From: Podarcis erhardii
Lineage: Eukaryota
Reading direction: 5' to 3' (one strand)
Length of the DNA: 64,000 nucleotides
Assembly: GCA_964252035.1 (NCBI GenBank)
Contig: OZ176211.1
Of this stretch, positions 47,401 through 59,300 are shown piece after piece. The position numbers were made by a program, and so were the translations under genes. The notes beneath the pieces were generated by a model. That model was not told the origin of the DNA and did not search any database. It worked only from the letters and a program-made list of their open reading frames with translations. Every line of letters starts with the position of its first letter. The stretch's first letter is position 1.

Positions 47401-50400
47401 ATGTTCTGGATTAATTGTAGTTTCCGGGTCACCTTGAAAGGTAGCCCCACATAGAGTGCTTTGCAGTAGTCCAAGCAGGAGATAACTAGAGCATGCACCA
47501 CTCTGGTTTTGGTTAATAAATATACGTTCTTCGACTCAAGAAACTTGAAGCTTTTTTGTGGTTTTAGCCCTCAGGTCTGCTCTTATACCTGGACAGTAGT
47601 GACCCTGTTCCTGAAAAAGATGCTGATCGGATGCATATTAGGGATAACTTAAAAATTGCAAATGTAAGTATGACATGATCCACCTTTAAGAGGCTTGAAT
47701 TCCCTTCCTTTGCATTGTTGTTGCTTAGTGCCCTACATGGTGCATGATCTGAGGACGAGGCACCCTTGGATATAATCATTGTAACATATTTCAGTGTTTC
47801 ATCTCACATTTCCCGTGAAATTAATTTGGATTAACGATGAGCTTTGTTCTGCAGGATCAATACGGAAAATTTAATAAAGTTCCAGAGTGGCAAAGGCTTG
47901 CAGGAAAAGCTGCTAAAGAAGTTGAAAAATTTGCCAAAGAGAAGGTGGATTTGGTATTGATGCACTGGAGAGACAAAATGGGGATAGCTCAGAAAGAGGT
48001 AATACGTTTAATCCTCTGCCTTTGTACTTTGAGCATCAATGCTATTTTTTTTATAGTACCACCCGAAAAGTTAACAAAGAAGACTTAGCTTTGATTTTAT
48101 TGGTATCTTTGTGCATTTAATTAAGTTCCAAATACATTTTTATCCAAAGAGAAATATGCAGGGGTGGGGGAGAGGATTTCTCCATTAAATGTGATGACTG
48201 GACTTGCATAGTGAACATCAGTGTTCTTTGTGGTCTCAAAAAAAGAAGGTCAAAATAGTGTGAGTTCTGCGGTGCTCCTGCCATACTTTCACCTTTTGAG
48301 CTTGGGCAACTGGTACGCTCCTTGTAGAATGCATGACCTGGTGCTTCCTTTCCTAATACTTTCAGTAACATTGGACCAAAGCTGTCCATTCATTTTACCT
48401 CCTTCCTACCTTCCTTCTTGTAGTAATTGTGAAGTTTGACAGGCTTCTGTGCCTGCTGTGCGGTGGTAAAATTTGCTACTTTTCCTTGATGCCAAATGTA
48501 CTGTTAGTGGTGCTTGATGAATGGTGGTTAGATAAGTGTGGAGGGGCAATGGTGTGATTTAGATCCCTGCTCTCTCTTGGATTCCTCTTTCCAGGCTTAT
48601 GATCTGGATCCTGCTTTCCCATGCTCTTAATTTAGTATTCTTTTGTGAATTTTGTTTACTTGTGGTTCTTCTGGCATTCTGCACTTTGGCATCTCGGACA
48701 AACGGAAGTCCAAATCACAATGGCCTGTTTGTCAAATGTGCTTTCATTTTGTTGTGTGAGGGCTTGTCATTTGACTTGCTGTTGACTTGGCAAGGAATAA
48801 GGGATGATGCATCTTATGCAGGGCATTGTATGCAAGTAATTTGTCCAGAGTACTTGACCTGAAATAAATGAAGACCAGAAAAAACCACTTAGCTTCACAT
48901 CAAATCAAAACAAATCAAATCATATAGCCGTTAAATCAAAACTTTATGTGACAGAGCAATGGGGCATGGCTTCCATTTTGGTTTAAAGGTGGTCTTTCTG
49001 TTGAGTTGCTTAGTAGATAACACATGATATGGGGACTGTTGCTAGATTTTCCAGAGCTACATTACATTGCCTTACCGTTAACTGCCAAATAGTCCTGAGT
49101 TTATCTACTTATGGGCTGTAGAATATGGGGGTGAATTTGAGGATTCTATTCTGTGATGAAGTTACCTTGGAAGGTTTCTTGTAGATGATTATTCTACGTA
49201 TTCAAACATGTGAGAGGAGCTTTTGTTAAAAATTCAACTTTTGTTTTTCTTTCTACTTCCCAAATACTACCAGGACAGAAATAATATGGTGAGTCTTGAG
49301 TCTTTACTCCCTACTGTTAGAGTGTAGATGGCCTTGAATTATACCTGGCATGTAGTGAGTGACCTGTCTGTATACGTTAGTTTGAACTATTTCTTGTTCA
49401 AGTTTGGCTTGCATTCTTCTGAGCTGCTCCTTTATGTTTCCATTCTGCAAGGAAGTAATCCTCTACTCGCTAATTTAAACCCCATCCGTCCAGTTCTAGT
49501 TACACCATTCCAGATTTAACAGGCATGATTGTCTTGTCATTCCCATTCATTTTGGTAACACTCTAAAGATGTGGCTTTCCTGCAGGCACATTTATTCTGT
49601 AACACAGTTGTGGTCTTATTGCATTGTTCCCGCAGTACCTGATCCAATGAGGTTGGACTCATTGGCAGTAAAGTGTAATCAAAGAGATAGCCAGGTCACA
49701 GTCAAGTGGCCCTTGCTCTCTTAATTTTTATATGATTGGTACATGCTGGTGAAGATAGGAAAAATGTGTCTCTCTTTAGCATCGAGACAGACCTGTCTTG
49801 GAGTAGAACATAACACATTTAACTTTTTGTTCAGTTTATTGGAATCTATGCGATCTCATCTCACAGCGTGTTGACAGTTTTGGATTCACAAATCTTCCTT
49901 TGCAGAACGTTAATCAAAAGCCGGTCATACTGAGGAAACGAAGGCAAAGGATAAAAATACAAGCCAACTGGGATCTCTTCTATTACAGGTACAATTCTTT
50001 TGCTTTAGCCCAGGGATGGGCAACCTCTCTTTGGCCCTTTGAACCCTCCCTCGGTCACAAATCTTCACTGGCCTTGCTTCTCCATTGCCTGGCTGGAATG
50101 TGGCCTGGAACTCAGATAGTGACTTGTGCTTGCCGGAATGGAGGATAGAGAGGGGTGTTTGAATGTGTGTCAAAACGAGGTACAAAGGTAAAATCTGCAT
50201 TCATTGTGCTGCCCACTTCTGTCTCCAGCACTGCCTTCACTCCACGCCCCCAAAGCATGTATGGCTCCTGGAAGGTTGTTGAGAGGGGAATGATCAGGCC
50301 CTTGCCCCTGTTTTGGTATAGAGTAGAACTGCGTGTCAGATCGAAATTGGAGCAGTGCCACGTTTGTGTGAAATGCGTGTTGCAGAACTGAAGTGTACTT

Positions 50401-53317
50401 TAGGAAGATTTAGAGAAACCTTGGTAGGAATACTCATGCGCCAATGGGATGCGCACTCTGCTTTTTTAAATAGCAGCGGCCGAGGTTTGTTGCAAGTAAC
50501 CTTTTGAGGTTTCCCCAAGTTTCAAAAAGATGCTCACTTTTATAGAAGGAGGATGTAAAGCCATTTTAAAAACACAGCAGGGGGAATATCATTAAGTGGT
50601 TCTGGGGATTGTTGCCCTTAATTCTTATTAAATGTGCATCACCTAAACATGCGTTACTTCAAGCACATAGTTCGTAACTTTAAGAAGAGTTTGGATTTGA
50701 TATCCCGCTTTATCACTACCCGAAGGAGCCTCAAAGCGGCTCACATTCTCCTTTCCCTTCCTCCCCCACAACAAACACTCTGTGAGGTGAGTGGGGCTGA
50801 GACTCTTCAGAGAAGTGTGACTGGCCCAAGGTCACCCAGCAGCTGCATGTGGAGGAGCGGGGAAGCGAACCCCGTTCCCCAGATTACGAATCTACCGCTC
50901 TTAACCACTACACCAAAGCTACACATACAATAAAAAGGACTGAAACTGCCTGAACTGATTGTCAGCATTATTTACTTGCTATCCTGAGCTAATTAGCGTG
51001 TGGATTACAAGTTTGAAAACATACTTTGTTTCTTTATTAATATATATCTTGCCTTACAACACCAAAAGCGGGCAATACAACATTTTACAAAAAGTTTTAA
51101 ATTATTTTACATTTGTTCAAACATTCAAGTTATTGATTTAAGTTGGCTTTAAAACTATACAGTGGTACCTTGTTTTGAGTCCAGGATCCATTCTAGAACC
51201 CCAGACGCTCAACGAAAAGTGCGCTCAACAAAGCGCCGCTCTGCGCGCACATGTGGAGTGGTTTGTGTTTATGCGCATGTGCAAAGAGCAGTTTAGCGCT
51301 TCTCCGCATGCGTGAGCGGCGGACCCGGAAGTAAGCCCTTCCTTGTTTGCCGCAGACGTCCACCGAAATGGATGCTGGACGGGCCAGACGTATACGGAGG
51401 TACCACTGTAGCTGGTATAGAGTGGCATCTGGCTAGCTTGAATGCTAATTTGCTGAGCAGTTTTCAGATCTGTAAATACATGTAGCAGAATATACTACAT
51501 AGTACATATTAGTTTAGTCCTTGGTGGGTCACGGTTGCCAGTTTGATACTTTCCATTACTGTTACCAGTGGGTGGGTGCTTTAAATTTTATTCAGAAACT
51601 TAATTTCCCCCCATAACATGTAGTTAAATGCTACACACAATCTGCTTCCCATGTGTTTCTGTATTAAGATTTCTCCAAGATCATGCTAGATCCAATTTGA
51701 TTTGGAATTTCAAAACGCGGGAAGAACTAAGAGATACCCTGGAGTCTGAGATGCGGGCATTTCAGATCGACAGAGAACTTGGCAGTGCTAATGTCATCTC
51801 CTGGAATCACCATGAATTTGAGGTACGCCTTTACACAGCGCTTGTGTTTCATGTAAAGTCATCATTGATTTCGAACACCCCTGTATTGATACCTGGATAT
51901 GTGTACTGTTACTAACAGATGCTAGTATAAAAAGCAAGCTTCAGTTTGAAATAGCTTTATACAGTGGTGCCTCGCAAGACGAAAAGAATCCGTTCCGCGA
52001 GTCTCTTCGTCTAGCAGTTTTCTCGTCTTGCGAAGCAACCCTATTAGCGGCTTAGTACTATTAGCAGCTTAGCGGCTAAGCGGCTATTAGCGGCTTAGAA
52101 AAAGGGGGGGAAGGGGGGGAAATTGCAAGACTTGCAAGACGTTTTCATCTTGCGAAGCAAGCCCATAGGGAAATTCGTCTTGTGAAGCGCCTCGAAAACG
52201 GAAAACCCTTTCATCTAGCGGGTTTTTCGTCTTGCGAGGCATTCGTCTTGCGGGGCACCATTGTATAGTCTGCATATTCTGTCAACTTAAGTTGCCATTC
52301 TTCTTTGGTTGGTACCTTGCTCAACTTGCAGACTAACATGTAGACTAGGAGAACAAGAAGAACATACGTTTAAAGAAGATTAAAAAACATTGATTGAATA
52401 TATGGGAAATAATTGTGTACAGCTGAAAACGCTGGCAGCATTAAGATAAATTCAGCAGTGTAAAGAAGTTTGGATGGATGCAATAATGGAATCCTGAATG
52501 GTACAGTTTTTGTGAAATATCCAGGGATTTATGATATGTAAAATGAACCATGGAAAGAGAAGAAGAGAAGTCACTGATACCTTAAGGATGTAAAATGAGT
52601 ATTTTAAATTGTAAAACAGAAAATTTTATAAAAATTATATGAAAGAAAAAAAGAAATAGCTTTATACAGTTCAGTGAAAATTTTATATCTGCGCAGTTCC
52701 TGCTTACAATAATTACTGGGACTTTCATTATAGCAAAGAAATTTAATCAGTTCATCTTACTGATTTTATTTTGTCATTGCTCTCATTTTACTTGAGCATT
52801 TCTAATCTGAAATAAGTTCAATGGAGCTTACTCCTAGATAAGGATGCAGGTGGCGCTGCGGTCTAAACCACCAAGCCTCTTGGGCTTGCCAATTGTAAGG
52901 TTGGCAGTTTGAATCCACGCAACGGGGTGAGCTCCCCTTGCTTTGTCCCAGCTGCAGTTCGAAAGCTTGCCACCACAAGTAGATAAATTGGTACCACAGC
53001 CTCAGCCCAGTATACCTGAAGGAGTGTCTCCACCCCCATTGTTCTGCCCAGACACTGAGGTCCAGCTCCGAGGGCCTTCTGGTGGTTCACTCACTGCAAG
53101 AAGTGAGGTTACAGGGAACCAGGCCGCGGGAACCAGTCCCTGTGGAACGCCCTCCCATCAGATGTCAAGGAAATAAAACAACTATCTTACTTTTAGAAAA
53201 CATCTGAAGGCAGCCCTGTTTAGGGAAGTTTTTAATTTTTGGTGTTTTATTTTGCTTTTAATATTCTGTTGGGAGTGGCTGGGGAAACCCAGCCAGATGG
53301 GCGGGGTATAAATAATA

Positions 53318-53353
<36 letters not shown>

Positions 53354-56300
53354 TACTACTACTACTACTGCAGCCGGAAGGTAAGCAGTGTTTCCATGCG
53401 CTCTGGCTTCCGTCACGGTGTCCCATTGCACCAGGAGCAATTTAATCGTGCTGGCCACATGACATGAAAATCTGTCTGCCGACAAACGCCGGCTCCCCCA
53501 GCCTGAAAGCGAGATGAGCGCCAGACCCCATAGTCGAATTCAACTGGACTTAACTGTCCAGGCGTTCTTTACCTTTACAGGATTTCAACCCTAGTCTTTT
53601 AATGATTTCATTCAAACTGACAAAAAGAGCAACAGTTCTAAAGGAAGAAAACATACACTTTTCTCTTAGATGTTGTGGCTGTGTCATAGCAATCACCCTG
53701 ATATAACAACTCTTCCCCTTCCCTTTTTGCGTACGAGGGATGCACTGCTTCTAAGATTGTGTTTGTCATCTATACTCTTTATTTACAAATACCGTATTTT
53801 TTCCACCATAACACTCACTTTTTTCCTCCTAGAAAGTAAGGGGAAATGTCTGTGCGTGTTATGGAGGGAATGGAGGGTGGCGGGGGGATCTGCTGCAGTC
53901 GTGAGCAGAGGATCCATGGTTCCCCTTCCTTCCCTCCTCCGTGGCTCGCTCTGAAACAGCAAAGCGGGAGAAGAGCCGCTGAGTGGGGAGGAGAGAGGGA
54001 CAGAGAGCCTGCTTCTTTAAAGGAGCAAAGCGGGAGAGGTTGATTCCTTTAAAGCAAGCAGGCTCTCTGTCCCTCTCTCCTCCCCACTCAGCTCGCTACA
54101 TAGCAAAGTTTTTCAGCTCACTAAGCCGGGGATGAGCGGGGAGGAGGGAGAAAAGCAGAGCCTGCTTGCTTTAAAGGAGCAAAGCGGGAGAGGAGAGGAG
54201 CCTTCTCCCCTTAAACCCCTCTCCTGCATCATTAGCAGCATCCTTCTCCACCCACCCCACGCGTGCTCCTTGTCCCTTGAGTTCTTTTCCTCCCCTCCCA
54301 CTTAAACCGTGGTTACAAAGCACGGATCCACATGGATCCTCAGAATTTTTGCACTGGGTCACCCCAAATTCACCATCAGATCACATAGCATGTCCACGGC
54401 TACATCTTGCACCAAAAAAATCATGCACCCACTGTTGCCTGGGACCGCAGTGGTGCAAAAACGTGGTTACAAAGCATGGATCCACATGGATCCTCAGGAT
54501 TTTTGCATTGGGCTACTCCAAACTCACTGTCAGATCACATGTCTGTGGCCACAGCATGAACCACAAAAATAATACATCCACTGTTTCGTTTAGAATTTTT
54601 TTTTTTCTTGTTTTCCTCCTCTAAAAACTACATGCGTGTTATGGTCGGGTGCATGTTATAGAGCGAAAAATACGGTAATATTTTTTTATGCAGTTAATTG
54701 GGGTCCTCTTTGAAAGCAATGTTTTAAATCTATCAGACTATTTTAGTCAAAAAACACTTCATATTTATTACCAGGTGTAGAAAAAGTGCCTGAAACGTAG
54801 GTGTTTTAGAAAAGCTTATCTTGAATATCTTAAACTGAGTATTTTAAGCTAATCTTCTGGCACATACAAACACAATTCATTCTCTCTCTGTTGATGAGGT
54901 TCATTTATGTATGGTGCTACTTACACACTGGGTTTTTCTTCATTGTACGTTTTAGCTTATTATAACTGACTGGTTTGTTGATTCTGGAACTTCATTCAAA
55001 AGTTATGCTCCCACCACACACCTTGATTCCTTAGCAAGTGTCAGAAACTTTTGCTCACTTCCTGTATCTTATTCTTCAAAAGGTGAAGTATGAATGCCTG
55101 TCGGATGAAATAAAAATCGGGGATTATTACTTGAGATTGCTGTTGGAAGAAGATGAAAGTGAAGACAGTGGAGCGATAAAGAAATCGTGAGTTACTGTTA
55201 TCTTAATAATCCCTCTGAAACCTTAATTTTCTGCATAATAAACCTTTTGTTCTACCTTTTTCTTCCTACAGGTATGAATTTTTCAATGAGTTGTATCACC
55301 GTTTCTTGCTCACTCCTAAAATAAGTATGAAATGCCTCTGTTTGCAAGCCTTGGCCATTGTTTATGGAAGATGCCACGAGGAGATTGGCCCGTTTAGCGA
55401 CACTAAATATATTATAGGGATGTTGGAGAGGGTAAGCATTTTTTAAATTACTGCATACAGTTTGGGAGAGCAGAGCAGGCATATTGAAGTTTGTTTTTTG
55501 GAATTTCAGTTAACAATGCCATGTGGCCATTGGACTAAGAGGACTAGACTAGTCCCCTAATTGTTCCCATGGTGCCTCGTTCCCAAATCCCAGGAAGCTT
55601 CTGCCTGACTTAGGGAGGGAGGTGCGATGCTCACAGGCATGACATCAGCTCCACGCCCCTGAAAAATCGCCGTTACAAACTAGTGTTTCTTCCCCTAACT
55701 GTTCCCCTACGAAAACATTCACTGCACACCACTGATTGCTCTGGTGAGATGTCATGGTTTAATTCTAGCCTCCTCTGAGTTTGGCCTGTTTCTCCCCACT
55801 CCTACATGACTTGGGGGAGTTTCAGAAACTCCTGCTGAACTCTGACTCTCTTTTTTTGGTCTGAATTGGGGTTTGTGCTATAATGCTATGCTTTAAAACC
55901 ATAGTTAGTGTTGAAGCCAAACTTCAGCAAAAGATTCTTGTGGGAGAGTCTGGGAGAAAGGTAGGTTTGTTCACAATAATGCTACTTCTGAACATGGTCA
56001 GTGACCTATGGTTTGTCCTTCAGACTTGTATTTGAACAAAGTTTTTTTTAAAAAAAAATACTTATTTTGAGAATTTTATAATTTACTGAACCTTTCTGAG
56101 TTACTTTAGAGTGGATGTGATCAACTGTAGCATTTGCACCTTCAACTTTTAAGGAAGCTAAACAAACAGTGTAAACTTTTAAGTATAAAAAAAATGACAA
56201 GCTTTTCGTGTTCTGCCTGGTCAAGCGACACATCTGTGTTGATCCTTTTTTGACTGTTACACTTTAGACTTGTGAGCAGTAAAATAAAGGAGCTAAAATG

Positions 56301-59300
56301 GTACATTTTTGAGCAATCCCTATGGTTGCTTCAGTTCTGGTTTGAGCTGTAGATCTGCTCTGCTTTTGTACATCCACATTTTAGTAGATCACTTTCTAGC
56401 ACTGATAGTATAACAATAGATGAGTGTTTAGTTTTGCTTACAGATCTTGGAGATAAGAGGATAATTGCACCTTCAATATAGCAGCATATTTCATCATAAA
56501 TAAATAAATAAATAAACAAACAAACAAACAAATGATAACATTGAAGCACATTTCTCAGACTTTTTCCTATTTAAAAATGTTTTTTATTTTTCTCTAGTGC
56601 ACTGATAGACTTGAGCGGGACCGATTGATAGTGTTCCTTAACAAGCTGATTCTCAACAAGGTGAGCAACCTCGCATTTCTGCATAAATTGTGCCATTTTT
56701 AATAAATTTAAATACACGCACAGCAGTATTTATTGTAGCTTGGGGTGCTCATAAATGCCTCCTTCTCAAATCCATTGTTGTATATTGTTTTAAATGTTTG
56801 TTTTGCTATTGGGATTATAGTTCCATTTGTGTTTCACAAGCTGGTCTCTGACTGTAATAAATTTCATGTTCATGCCTCCTTCTCCAAACATCTTGCCACT
56901 CTCTTTCATTTGTGTTATGGAATTGGAGGAGATATTACAATTTTGATTAATAACCATGTCATTAGATATATTGAATTGCTGAGATGATATTATATGTCTT
57001 ACAAGGAGATAATAATAAGAATAATTTTATTATTTATACCCTGCCCATCTGGCTGGGTTTATGCAGCCGCTCTGGGCGGCATCCAGCAAAATTTTAAAAT
57101 TTATAAAATGTCAAGCATTAAAAACTTCCCAATACAGGCTTCCTTCAGATATCTTCTAAAAGTTGTGTAGTTCTTTATCTCCTTGACATCTGATGGGAGG
57201 GTGCCACTGTCAAGAAGGCCCTCTGCCTGGTTCCCTGTAACTTCACTTCCACCCAACATTTTTCTTATCTCACAAAGGATATGATACTTTTGGTTGGAAA
57301 ATCATAAGCCACTCTAGTTTGTTATCCTTTGAATCACTAATATTGAACAGCTGTGATTTTTATAAGTGTGTGCTAATTTTAAAGGTTCTGACGTATTTGT
57401 TTGTACATCAATTGATGTATTTGTGTGAATTAGTGTTATTAAGTAGCCTGTCCAGGCAATTGTGTAGCATGAAGTTAATGGATTGTGCTTAACTAAATCA
57501 CTTAATCTTGTTATCTTATGTTATAATTGAACACATGTGACCGTTGTTTTCCCTTTCTTGCAGAAAAATGTCAAGGAGCTTATGGATTCAAATGGCATTC
57601 GGATCCTCGTGGACCTCCTTACCCTCGCCCATCTGCACACAAGTAGGGCAACCGTGCCGTTGCAAGTAGGACATCTTTAGTTTCTTTTCTTTCCATGTAT
57701 ATAATTTAGGAGTGGGTTATTAAAAAGCTGCTTAGCCACATTGTTGTTTCTATGAAATGAGCTTTAAATTGAAGCATTCAGTGCTGTGAAAATAGTTCAC
57801 GTGTGTGTTGTTTCTAACTCTAATTGGGGTTGTTCTTGTTTTCCGTTTTTAAGAGCAATGTAATTGAAGCATCACCGGATATGAAGAGAGAGAGTGAAAA
57901 AGAGTGGTACTTTGGCAATGCAGACAAAGAGAGGAGTGGTCCTTACAGCTTTAACGAGGTAACTTTTCAAGTGGCGGTTGTGCCTTTTGAGTCAAAGGTA
58001 ACGAACACAAAAAGCAGAACGTTGTTCGAGCAAGCTTCCTCACTCTGGTGCTCCTCAAATATTTGGGGCTCTCGCTCCATCAGCCCCAGCCAACATGGCC
58101 AATGATCAGGGAGTTTCAGAGCAGCATTTCAGGAGCGCACCAGGTTGAGAAAGGCTGTGTTACGGCATGCCCCTGTAACACTTGAGGAAAGGATGTGCTT
58201 ATAGATCTATCTCATTTGGTCATTGTTGTTCTTGGGAATTTCAGCTTCCACAAATAACAGGTATAATTTCAGAGCCAGCACATGCTGTGTGGTTTGTATG
58301 GTTTGCTTTGGAGTGGAAATGTCCCACTTCTTGGTTGACAATTCCCTGAAGGTGGAGCAGCTCCCATTAATCCCTTCATTTGGGCCTGCAGAACTGGGAG
58401 AATTGGACAAAGAATGGCTGGCAGAGTGCACCAAATGGATGTTACAATTTCTTCCTGACTGGCTCTTGGTTTTTTTTTTTTGTACTGCGCATTTGCTAGC
58501 AACTGCTTTTTAAAAACTTAGTACTCTTAGTCATTTGGCACTATTGCATTGCAAATGTCTTCCATTTGTGGCCTCAAACATAACCTCTTTGATTGCCCAT
58601 TTTGGTTGGGTCAAAAGTTCTTAGGTTTGCTAAAATTCTGTGGTGCCTTGATATGCTATCTAGGGATGGGTTGTTTAAAGGGTATGGTAGTGTCAGAATG
58701 AAAGTGCCTTCAGCACAACTTCTAAAGACATAGTTTAAAAGAGACAACTGCATTATGGCTTTCTGTTTTCTCTGTGGCAATCCATTTCTATAATAGATGC
58801 AGGAACTGTGGACCAAAGGGGTATTGACTTCCAAAACCAGGTGCTGGGCCCAGGGCATGGATGGATGGCGTCCGCTGCAAGTTATCCCTCAGCTGAAATG
58901 GTGTCTACTTGCCACTGGGCAAGCTGTGTTGAATGAGACGGACCTTGCTACACTTATCCTCAACATGCTTGTCACAATGTGTAGCTATTTCCCCAGTAGG
59001 TAAGGTGTAAACAATGAAGTTGGGTAGGTGGGGAGTTGGGAAGGTAGGGGGTTGGACTAGATGATCCTTGGGGTCCTTACCAACTCTACAGTTCTGTGGT
59101 TTTCTTTTCACACAAACACCCATAGCCTTTATTCACCCCCTACACAGTTCCATCGACCCAAGCAGGTCTGTATCAACCACTTTGAGGGTAACCCTGTTTT
59201 ACAACACAAGCTGGCCATTGTGCACGTCAAACACTGATTAGGGAAACCTCTTCCCTTTCAGAGATCAGGATAATGCCATCATAAGGCCTTTGCCCAGAGT

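Noticed and set aside
53239-53485. Poly-Leu and poly-Ile/Val ORFs resembling membrane peptides
   Set aside because: Translations of the (ATT)n(ACT)n tail of an L2 insertion.
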